64,000 bases of DNA from Paraspadella gotoi. Its lineage: Eukaryota; Animalia; Chaetognatha. A program made the translations under genes and the position numbers. The notes beneath the pieces are model-generated. The model was not told the origin of the DNA. It searched no databases and was given only the letters and a program-made list of their open reading frames with translations. Positions 22,601-32,900 of the stretch are shown here, one piece after another; position 1 is the stretch's first letter, and each line of letters begins with the position of its first letter. The stretch covers positions 9,421,216-9,485,215 of the forward strand of contig CM119268.1 in the NCBI GenBank assembly GCA_051294375.1. The letters run 5' to 3'.

Positions 22601-24424
22601 GGAACTCTCATCGGCGGCCACCAAGAGACGGCCACGTTTGTTCCCGACGTTTACAGCCGAACTCAAGACCAGTGGATCTCCTCTTTTTATCGCCAGAACG
22701 GCTACTTTGACTACGCGACCATGCAGCGCCTCGGCGTGACCGACCCTAAGGCTCATATCCGGCGCAGCTTCCCCGACGAGACGCTACTGCATCTCAGCTC
22801 CGTCTGCGTCGGACCCGGATTCCTCGCTGCCTTCGAGGGTGTCGTCGAGGATGCCGTCGCCGAGGGAAAATGGTGCGACGTGGCCGCCGTTGACGTAACT
22901 TCCGTTTCGTTGGGAGACCGCGACATTCACAAGCTGCTGACGTTTATCCTGCAGAGACTAAAGATTCCCGCGGATCGCGTACAGATATACGAGGATACGA
23001 TCCTGTTCTGCCAGGACTTTAGGAAGAAGCTACTGGCCGAGTTCGATCCCGTCATCGCCGAGACCGTCAAATCTAGAGCAGCTGAGAACGCCAAGGTTTT
23101 TAAAAAGGCGGCGGCGGCGGCGGCTTCGTCGGCGTCCATTGGTGTGTCCGCTACGACGCAAGCGGCGTCTCCCGCCGATAAGGCGGACGATGAGACGTCT
23201 TCATCGAAAGATGATCGTAGAAAGAGAGCGGCCGGAGGCAGAGGCAGCAATAAGGGGGGTGGCGGAACAGCGAGAGAGATCAAAACGAAAAGTGTAAAGA
23301 AAAAAGGGAAGAAAGGCGGCGGCTGCGTGGACGAAGAAGAGGATGAGTCTCGGGGCGGACGCGGACGAGAAGTGTTGCTGGATTTGATGAGCAAAGACGC
23401 GATGGCCGAGCACATCGAGTCTCGCTTTCCCGACTTTCCCGCCGCGTTGGCCGCGGAACTGGTCGACGAGATGGAACGGGCTGTCAACTTAAAGTATACT
23501 GAAGCAGCAAAGGGAGCCTTCGACGCCTCCAGCGGAACCGGCGCTGACAAGAGGAAACTTCATCAAGCCGTGGGGGACAGGGTAAACGCCCTCGTCACGG
23601 AAATACGCTTGTATGAGAAAGGAATCATTTGCGTTGGTAATTATGTTTTTTTTTTTTTAGATTAAAAGTTAAAAGAATTTAAATTGTAAATTTTATTGTT
23701 TAAATTTTAAATCCGCCGTTATTCAGGCAAAGTGGAATCCGAAGACCATAAAAATTCCAATGACAAAGATTCTCTGTACGCGCAACTTAGTCGTCACCTT
23801 CTCAAAACGCTGGGATCGGAAACCGCCAACGCGCTTTTTAACGTCGCCGCTCACGACGTCCTCTTGAAGGTGGAAGATGAGGCTACCATGACGCCGGAAT
23901 CTCGTCTCAAGATCCTTGCCAACGTCGAGGCGGAACCCTTGAAGGCGCGGCTAAAGCGGCTCCACGATGTCGTCGCCGACGCCTCTTCCGTCGCCGATTT
24001 TCTCGTCCAGGTGGATCCTGTTTCCGAAGAATTGCAAATCCTCGTCAAAAAAGCGGACAAGAAGAAAGAGAAGCAGTTGCTGCAGTCTCAGAGAGTGGCC
24101 CTGCTGGAGAAGGTGCAACAGGAGGAGGATCCAGCCCTCTTGCTTCATCTGGCGGTTTGCCTGGCTTTTCAGAACGTCCACCAGGCGATGGTGCATTGTT
24201 CCGGTCGGATAATTCCCAGCGTTGTGGCGTTCTTGACGCCGAGGATGGACGAGACCCTCAGGGATTTGATTTCGTCTTTCCAAGAAAACGTCGTCGCTGT
24301 TTTGGGCCGAAAGCTGAGCGAGGAAGAGGAAGCGTTGGCCAGCAATCGATTGACGGAAATGAAGCCAAAGTTGAGGGAAGCCGTTATTACCATGAAAAAA
24401 GGAGGAGGAGATGGCGAAAGATGA
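19651..24424 (+). CDS. UFL1: E3 UFM1-protein ligase 1 (exon 1 19651-19804, exon 2 from 21747)
   Basis: 'WDEIRQLQADFKQVQ..QKLSERNCVELV', 'DGREYVT', 'FYRQNGYFDY', 'DDRRKRAA..GGG..REIKTK'. Confidence 0.94.
20187..20230 (-). ncRNA. Minimal type I hammerhead ribozyme
   Basis: Minus strand TTG-CTGATGA-A-GACTC-gtaccactaa-GAGTC-GAAA-CAT-GTA-CAA: complete core, 5-bp stem II, palindromic ACATGT stem III, GUA cleavage triplet. Confidence 0.8.
21179..21223 (+). ncRNA. Minimal type I hammerhead ribozyme (sense to UFL1 pre-mRNA)
   Basis: TTG-CTGATGA(21182-88)-A-GACTC-gtaccactaa-GAGTC-GAAA(21210-13)-CAT-GTA(21217-19)-CAT. Confidence 0.75.
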
Positions 24425-24632
24425 ATTTCTTTTTTGTAGATCGCTTTGTGATAAGCCAAATTTTAAAAAAACTTGAATAGTTCGTTCTAGTCACCGTTAA
24501 ATTAAAAATGTTAATATTGAAATTATAAACAAGAATTTGTCATTCCATTTTCAATGGGTTTAATTAATTGAAATTTCAGTCACAATCCTCATAAAGAGGT
24601 GAACTCCTAGTTACTAGTTAGACACCGTAAAG

Positions 24633-24978
24633 ATGGTGAAAGTGCAGGTGCTCCTCGAGCCGTCTTGAAGCACCAACAGCGCGTTCCAGTCGTTGAGGTC
24701 GTCGCTTCTGAGCTTTGACTCCTCCCTGGTTATTAACAAAGAGATGGATTACGCGGGAAAGGGCACGTTCGAGGTGAATACTAAATGAGTGAATAGCCGC
24801 CATGGCCCATGTCATCAATCTCGTCCGAACGACCTTGGATCCGAATTTTTAAAATCCTCTCCAGGTGTCCGTCAACGGGACCTTGGTTCATTCCAAGAAG
24901 AACGGTGACGGTTTGGTCGATAGCCACGCCAAGCTCGAGCGAATCAAAGAAGCCATAAACAGTGCCAAGCAGCAATGA
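24633..24978 (+). CDS. Selenoprotein W-family paralog A with atypical ExxU motif (exons 24633-24773, 24865-24978; Sec TGA 24666-24668)
   Basis: MVKVQVLLEPS-U-STNSAFQSL...GTFE|VSVNGTLVHSKKNGDGLVD. Same phase-0 intron position as the neighbouring paralogs; SECIS downstream. Confidence 0.85.
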
Positions 24979-24992
24979 TATTTTGTAGATAG

Positions 24993-25068
24993 ACTCATTG
25001 TCCCATGACGAGGACGTTCGAAAAATGCGCAAGCATGGAACCTTCTTTGACCCAAAGTCGGCAATGAG
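24993..25068 (+). promoter_or_regulatory. SECIS element (type II) for SelW paralog A
   Basis: Helix I CTCATTGTC/GGCAATGAG; core ATGAC...TGAC; helix II GAGGACGTTC/GAACCTTCTT; apical AAAA plus ministem ATGC-GCAA-GCAT. Confidence 0.85.
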
Positions 25069-25161
25069 CGTTAACCCCCCGTTTTGAAAGAATATTAAGT
25101 TTTTGAAATTCGATTTTAAATTTTTAAATAATGTTGGGCAGGTACAGATATTTAATTTATA

Positions 25162-25527
25162 ATGGTAGTTAAAGTCCGCGTGGTTTACTGCGGGGGATGA
25201 GGGTACAAACCGCGCTTCGAATCTTTGAAAACCTCGCTCTCGGACGAGTTTGGCGATGAGGTCGAAGTGACGGGAGAGGCCACTCCCGAGAAATCGGGTT
25301 TTTTCGAGGTCAGTCCCACAATTATTGTTGTCTTTTATAAACCAACCTCTTTCTTGGTGAGAGGCCCATTTAAAGTTTTTTTACGTGACAAAATTGTTGT
25401 CGAACTTGAAAAGGTGAAAGTGGATGGCGTTATGGTGCACTCTAAAGCGAATGGCGACGGTTATGTCGACTCCGACGACAAATTGAAAAAGATCAAGGAT
25501 GCCATCGCCGCCGCCTTGAAAAAATAA
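25162..25527 (+). CDS. SELENOW: Selenoprotein W paralog B, CGGU (exons 25162-25308, 25414-25527; Sec TGA 25198-25200)
   Basis: MVVKVRVVYCGG-U-GYKPRF...GFFE|VKVDGVMVHSKANGDGYVD. Confidence 0.92.
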
Positions 25528-25541
25528 CATTTGAACTTTAG

Positions 25542-25615
25542 TTCCATTAGAATGAAGAACACGTTCTCAAATGTCCATCAACAATGATCGTGTTCGGATG
25601 AAAGAATTAATGGAG
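25542..25615 (+). promoter_or_regulatory. SECIS element for SelW paralog B
   Basis: Helix I TTCCATTAG/TTAATGGAG; core ATGAA...GGAT; helix II GAACACGTTC/GATCGTGTTC; apical AAA plus ministem TGT..ACA. Confidence 0.88.
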
Positions 25616-25750
25616 TCATAATTTAGAAAATGTGTTTTTGTCTCTTATATTGTTACAATTTATAAAAAATAAAACATTCATTTTTGTGTGTCGGATTGTT
25701 TGTTTGCAGTTTGTCAAAAAAAAAAAATCACTAACGATTTAGTCGTAACC

Positions 25751-26093
25751 ATGGTTGTCGAAGTGCACGTCCTTTATTGCGGGGGATGAGGCTACCGCCG
25801 ATATTTTAACCAACTCCAAGTTCAACTCGAGGATGAGTTCGGAGACGAGGTTAAATGTATCGGAGAAAGCACTCCAAACATCTCAGGATATTTGGAGGTA
25901 AGACTTAAATAGTCAATACTTCTACGTGCGACAGAAACAAAGACCAAAAAGCCAAGCGTCTCGTTTTTTCCCCTCGCAGGTGACGGTCAACAAAGTTCTT
26001 GTTCACTCGAAGAAAAATGGCGACGGTTACATCGACACAGACGCCAAGTTGAACAAGATCAAGGACGCCGTCGCCGCCGCCTTGAAGAAATGA
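25751..26093 (+). CDS. SELENOW: Selenoprotein W paralog C, CGGU (exons 25751-25897, 25980-26093; Sec TGA 25787-25789)
   Basis: MVVEVHVLYCGG-U-GYRRYF...GYLE|VTVNKVLVHSKKNGDGYID. Confidence 0.9.
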
Positions 26094-26144
26094 GGCGTGT
26101 CCTTTCGGGACGCGAACTCTCCCAAGGGCGACGGCGATGGTCTT

Positions 26145-26245
26145 CGACTTTCTTCTCTCATGAAGAGAACGTTCTCAAGCGGCGTCGCCGCGGACCGTTC
26201 TCGGATGGAGCCCTCTCGCGTCGGCTGAGAGGCGGAAGGAGTCGG
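26145..26245 (+). promoter_or_regulatory. SECIS element for SelW paralog C
   Basis: Core ATGAA(26160)...GGAT; helix II GAGAACGTTC/GACCGTTCTC; apical AA plus ministem GCGG..CCGC; lower pairing GACTTTCTTC/GAAGGAGTC. Confidence 0.82.
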
Positions 26246-27060
26246 CGATCCATCACGAAACCCAAACACTTTTCGCGATCCTAAATTTCATCGCGGCCTT
26301 ATGTATCTTTTGTAGCTGGCGGCTAGTTAATTTACTTTTTTTTTTTCTTTTTTTTTCTACTTCTCTACGATTTTGGCAACAGGTTTCAGAAGAATAGCAT
26401 ATCATTAGGCATTTTTACTTGGCTCTTTAAGATGCTACTTATTTATATAAGGTTGCATGTCTATTATATATATTATTAAATGAAAAAATGGTACCATGTT
26501 GGTGGATACAGAATTTTCGCTCAGTTTTTTTTTTCGTATTGGTTTAATTTAATCATGTTTTTTCAACGATCTAAAGTCATTTTTGGCTGCGTTTTTTATT
26601 TTGGTTGCTTTCTTTTTGGGGGCTTTTATAGTTTACCATCCCGTGCAATATATCTGCTAATTAGCTGATTAACTTTTTCAGCTTTCGGCCTGCCACGCAA
26701 TGGACTAAATGTCCCTATGCCCTACTTAAGCAGAAAACTATGCCTTCTTGAATCGTGATACTTCGTCATAGATTCTCGATCCAACGCCAACTAAGTGCCA
26801 TTCAAAGGCGACAGAATTGACAAGGGTAATTACGAATTAATTCAAAATTATATCAAATATCGAATATATTGATAAATAAATAAAACGGTTAAATTATCAA
26901 AAAATAACAAAAATAAGAAAAAATCATAACAAACAAGTAAAGGCAAGGGTGTAACCTCACCTGAGCTGTGAATATAATAGTCGTCGTCGCTTAAGCTTCT
27001 ATACTATCTACATAATGGGTTAGTCTCATATTCAGCTTTCACGGGATTTTATTCATTCAG

Positions 27061-29395
27061 ATGGAGTCGCAGTCGCTAGTCCTCGCCGTGTTGGGAGTGG
27101 CGGTCGGTCCTTTCATCGTCTGCGTCTTTCTCGTCATGATCCTCGCCTCCTCTGGCCAGTCACTCGGCCTCCGCAAACTCAGTCTCAAAATCCTCGTCAA
27201 GATCTTCGAGTACGTGGCCAAGAAGATTCGTGATGAGGATCTTTCAGTTGGAGTTGACGCGTCTCGCGAACCCGTCATCGATCGCAGCGACGCGTCAAAC
27301 GACCCGACCCACGGTCTTCAGACTTTTCCGCCGCCGCCGACGATCGTCGAACCAACTGGGGAGACGCCCAAATTTTTCTTTCCCGACGACGACGAAGACG
27401 AAGAAGAGAAAGCTGAGGCCACTTCCGGTGGACTCTCATCTTCGACGCCCTCCTCTCCATTAACGGGAACGAAATTCCGACACGTTAGAAACTTGAGCGC
27501 TCACGAGGTCGGAGCGCCGGCGTCGCTTCAAGCCGGCGACTCTCTGGGCGTCTCTACGCCGGGCAGCGCTCACATCATCGCCCGGGAGTTGTATAATCCT
27601 TCAGAGTTCGCCGAGACCGTTCTCAGCGAGTGGCACCAGCAGAAGCCCGAAGGAAAACTTCCGAGAATCAAATCGCTAGGCACTTTGAGGTTGAATGGAT
27701 TTAACTCTTGATCCGAAATTTTTTTTTTATTATATTATACAACTTTAATACATAACATTCAGGCGAGAGTTCCATTTGTCCGACGTGATGTCTTTTGCAA
27801 AGGCAGGCGTCGAGGCCATCATTGAGGATCAGGTTGGCAACATTTTTTTTAGAATCATAAATTTTACGCCTAAACGATATATTTTTAAAAATGTGATCCC
27901 TTTGTCTCTCATTAGGTGACTTCTCGCTTCCGAGCCGAGGAGCTCACAACATGGAATCTTTTGACTCGAACCAACCAAAACTACCAATACCGCAGCAAGC
28001 GGTTGTACACCCTCTGGGCCGTAGGGTTTTTTTTCAGATATTTCGTCCTTTTTCCTTTTCGGTAATTCGGAACTGTTGTTGCCATAGATACTTTGCTTCC
28101 ATAGAAGCTTGTTCAATATTCTAATCCTCAACATCATCCGCTCGTAGATTAACACTCGCCATATTTGGTATTGGCCTGCTTATTTGCGTCACCTTCGTCA
28201 TCGGTTATCTTCCGCCGGGAAGACTTAAACAAATTCTCAACAGACACTTCAGCCTTATGTGTTACCGAATACTTTCCCGTTCCATCTCCGCCATCATAAC
28301 TTACCATAATCGGTGGGTTTCTTGGGTTGACTTCGTTGCTCGAAGTTATTTTGGTATATCGATGAAATCTTCGACTGTAGGGAAAACATGGCGCGCCCGG
28401 GCGGGATCTGTGTGGCCAATCACACCACGCCCATCGACGTGGTCGTCCTTAGTTGCGACAACTCTTACGCGATGGTTGGGCAGCGACACGGTGGTTTCCT
28501 CGGGGTCTTTCAACGCGCGCTGCACCGAGCCACCGACCACATTTGGTGCCGTCCAACTGCATGCTGACTAGCTTTTTAATAATCCTGTACAGCCATAAAT
28601 GTTTTCGACCCCCAGGTTCGAACGGTCCGAAGCCAACGATCGGCTCGCCGTTTCCAGGCGACTCCGCGAACACGTTGAAGACCCCCAGAAATTACCGATA
28701 CTCATATTTCCCGAGGGCACTTGCATTAACAACACTTCAGTGATGATGTTTAAAAAAGGTTTTATATTGACTTTTGTGATCGTTAAAGTATACGTTAAGT
28801 AATATTTAAGTTCTAATTTCATAATTTCAGGATCTTTCGAAGTCGGCGGTCGAATTCATCCGGTAGCCATCAAGTATCACCCAGAATTCGGCGACGCGTT
28901 TTGGAACTCTTCCGAGCAATCCATGATCACCTACATCATTATGATGATGACTTCATGGGCCATCGTTGTCGACGTGTGGTAAGAAAATGAGAATGATGAT
29001 TAGAAAATGACTCTTAAGGTCTGAGGGCTGGTCTCTTTCTCTGTAGGTACTTGCCCGAAATGGTGCAGCGGCCGAACGAGGACGCGATAGCCTTCGCCAA
29101 TCGCGTCAAGAGGGAGATATGCCGTCAGGGCGGACTCGTCGATCTCGACTGGGATGGGATGTTGAAGCGGCAGCAGCCTAAAGGTCTGTACTTTGTAGTG
29201 ATGTTAGTCGTCAAAATAGATAATTAATTCTAATGTTCTCTCTCTGTCGTAGCGTCGCTACTTCAGCAGGCTCAGGAAGAAATAAGTCGGACGTTCTCCT
29301 GTGGGCGTGGAAACGAATCGGGCGACGCTCTCTCGCCGAATTCCGGCGAGGGTGGCGCGGACGGAGAAGCCCGATTGCGACGAGCGCGCGATTGA
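27061..29395 (+). CDS. ER glycerol-3-phosphate acyltransferase (GPAT3/GPAT4 family), multi-exon
   Basis: 'EELTTWNLLTRTN', 'GICVANHTTPIDV', 'FERSE', 'LIFPEGTCINNTSVMMFKKGSFE', 'FGDAFWNS'. Confidence 0.93.
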
Positions 29396-29961
29396 GACTC
29401 TCTAGACTTGAACCGATTAAACGAAGCGTAAAACCCATGAGTATGAACGCGCGAACATTTTTATTTTTTTATTAATTTGATACTATGTCATCTGACTACT
29501 TTTTCTTCTGTGATTCATCGTTGACAAAGTTTTGAATTTTATTCGTCGGAACGAAAAGAAGTTTTAAACCTGATGAGAGATAATCGTTATAATTTTATCA
29601 CCCCCGGTAAAATTTTCTTATTCAGGGTACTTCTCAACAATTTAATATTGGATGATCTTCGGTGCGATCGTTTTCGGCGGAATATTGTATTGTTGTCTCA
29701 CTTTGTTCTTTTTTACACTCAATTACATTATTTTTGCACGCAAAATAATTTTTTTCTGGTCGCTGATTAATAATTCAATTATGATTACGAATCCTTAGGC
29801 GGTTTTTTTAAAATTTTTATCAAGAACAAAAAAAAAACATTGGTCAATATTTTCGACTGGTAGAGGCTGACAAAACCTACATCTCCTAAATAATGACCGT
29901 CGACACGACGAAACCGCGAAAGTCATAGCGTCACAGGCAACCTCAGCGCGAAAACGACGCG

Positions 29962-32900
29962 ATGGAGGCGGTTCGCATGCCCATGACGTCCTTCGACGTC
30001 AAAGCCGCCGCTGATCCTTCGTACTTCAACGGTCTGGACTTCAAGGTCGTCCACGAACCTATCTCATTTCGTAAGCCTCTACAGGATTATATTAACAAGC
30101 ATTATCGGGTAAGAAAAATTCTGTTTTGGGTTTTTTTCAAGGTTACGTATGAATTATGATGTTTTATTTCTTTGGTCTCGAATCCACATTTCAATTAATT
30201 CTTTTCCCGCAGGAGTCGGCTTCCACTTACTCCAAAGAGATCGACGAGTTGGAAGCTTTGCGGAAATCCGCAGTAAGTGCCTCTAAAGACTTCGTCGGGT
30301 GCTCCACGCTTAAAAAATACTACGCGCAGCTGCTGCTACTCCAAAGCCGGTTTCCCATGAAGGTAGGGCGCGATCCATCTTAACACTTGGTCGCCTCGAA
30401 TAACGAACATCTAAGTTCTAACGATTACAGGACGGAGAATCCGCGGCGGTTCTATTTGCGTGGGACGATCCCTTTTCGGGAAACGCCTACGAAGGAATGG
30501 ACATTAGGTTCGAACAAGGTTGCGTCCTCTATAACATCGGCGCCCTTCACTCTTCCTTGGGCGCCATGGAAACTCGACAAAATTCCGAAAGTATGAAGAT
30601 CAGCTGCACTCATTTTCAGGTTCGAAACGAATGAGATTTTCAGGAATGTTATGAGTATAAAAGTTCATGGAAAAAAAATTGTCAATAGTGTTCGGCCTGG
30701 GCTTACCAACACCTGGCCAAAGAATTCGACTGTTCAACCTGGTCTCCGGAGATGAATCCGGAGGTGATGATGTTCCTGTCCAGTTTGATGTTGGCCCAGG
30801 CGCAAGAGTGTATCTTGGAAAAGTCGATGCTTGACCAAAGAAAGAGCACTATTGTAGCCAAGGTAAAGAAAGAAATCGGTAAGATTTTGAATTCCTTTTT
30901 TTCATCGAAATTGATTAATTCCTTTGTTCAAAAAAACTTAAGTACGTCATTGATTTTTAAGCCTGTAATTAATCTCAACGTTTTTTAAACGTGTTCAACA
31001 GGTTGCCGCTCAGATAGTGGATTATTACCACCTGCTGGCCAAGAATTTAGATTCGGAAGTGGTCGCCAAAATATTGGGTTCCAAGAAGGTTAAGGAATAC
31101 AAGCGTCTTTTCGCCGTCAAAACCCCTTTCTACAAAAGTATCGCCCATTATTTTCAAGGCAACCAGGTAAAACTGAATTATATTTTAACTACATACTTTT
31201 AAATGGGCGTCAAGTGAATCATTTATTGCATTCAGTAATTAAGGTGGTATTACTTTCTCGGTTTTAAATTTTTCAGGCCCAAGAACAGCAGAAGCCCGGA
31301 GAAGCAGTGGCGTATTTTCAAGTTTCGGCTGACTCGTTGGCGGAGAGTATTAAGGCGGCGAAAGGATCGACCAAGGATTCGTCGCTCGCTGAAGCTCTTG
31401 CCTTCGCCAGTGACGTCGTGGGCGGGAAAGTCACCAGGTTCTCGAAAATTCATTTAAAAGAGTTTGCTAGTTAATCGTTGGTACATCATAAATAATATGT
31501 AATAAGGTTTAATCCATGTTTTTTTATGAAATTGATACAACCAATATAAAAATGATCCATTCATTTAATAAATAAGCTTTCTTGTTCCTGACTTTGGACA
31601 GGCTTTGGTGGTTTAAGGCCTCCATCATTTTTTTTTTTTTTTGTTTTTAGCGCGAAGAAAGACAACGACTTCATTTATCACGAGCGAATACCCGAACCTG
31701 ATTCGCTTCCCGAAATCAAAGGCGCCGCTCTGGTCAAGGGGATTCCATTCGATCCTTCTGATCCGGAAATCTCTGGCCCCGATATCTTCGCTAAACTTGT
31801 GCCTATGAAAGTGCACGAAGCTTCTAGTCTTTATTCAGAAGAAGTCGCCAAACTTTTGAGGACCGGTGAGATTGATTTTTTTATTGTGGAATATAATATT
31901 TATAAAAATATGAATTGTTTGAAAAGCATAGTAATCGACATAATTTGCGGTTTTCCTTACTAAAATTAAGGATAAAAAATCCGGATAAGAAGTTAATTGT
32001 CGGTTTTTTTTAGTCGGCAGCGAGATTGAGGAAAAGAACTCTGAATTGGACGAATTCCTGCTTAATCTAGACTTGGAAACGATCAAGTCGCTGTCGGAGA
32101 AAGAAAAGCTGCCGCAAGAATTACTGGAACGATGCGCGGCGATAAGCGTCAGGGACAAACCCGTTGACAAGCTCGTTGAGCAGATGAAGTCACTTTCCGG
32201 TTTGTAAACATTAATTTGTTGTAACCACAATGGTTTTAACAAAATGATTTTTTCAGGTTTGTCTTGCGACGTTAAGGATTCTCTCGGAGTCCTCGAGGAG
32301 TTAGTTTCCTCTATGCCTGACGACACTCCTGGCGCCGGCGGCCCCGCCGACGTCAAGAGCGAAATTCATCATTACGTCGAAGCTCACGCGCGTGCGGACG
32401 CCTCCAATCTCGAGCTCCATCGAGCAATGCACGCGCATCTTAGGTAACCATTTTTTTTTCTATTTTCTGCGAGACAAATCGAAATTAATCTTTCAATCTT
32501 CCTTCTTTCATCAAGCAATCTACGCCTTTTGGCCGGACCGTTGGTGGAGCTGTCTTCTAAACTTCCTCGCCTGGAAGCTTCCAAGTTCGGAGATGACCCC
32601 GCAGTGCAAGAAATGTTGAGACTCGCTGACAAGCTGGAATACATGAAAAAGACTCGGGGAGGAATGGAAAAAGATTTGAGGGAAAAACTGAATAAACGGG
32701 ATGTTACCAAGGTAAACATTATTTTGCTTTAAAAATACAAGTAACTCTGTCCATTACGAATATTTTAGGAGCTTGTCATAGTCATGGGCGACAAAGAAAA
32801 GCCAGATGCTGCGGAATTGGAGAGTTTCTTCAAAAAGGTCCTTTCCAGCTATGATGAGGATGTCAAAATTTTGCGGCAAAACCTGTCTGCCCAGATTAAC

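Noticed and set aside
25309-25413. Stop-free in-frame 105-nt intron in SelW paralog B read as coding in the ORF track
   Set aside because: The paralogs have an intron at the identical position; an open frame of this length can arise by chance.
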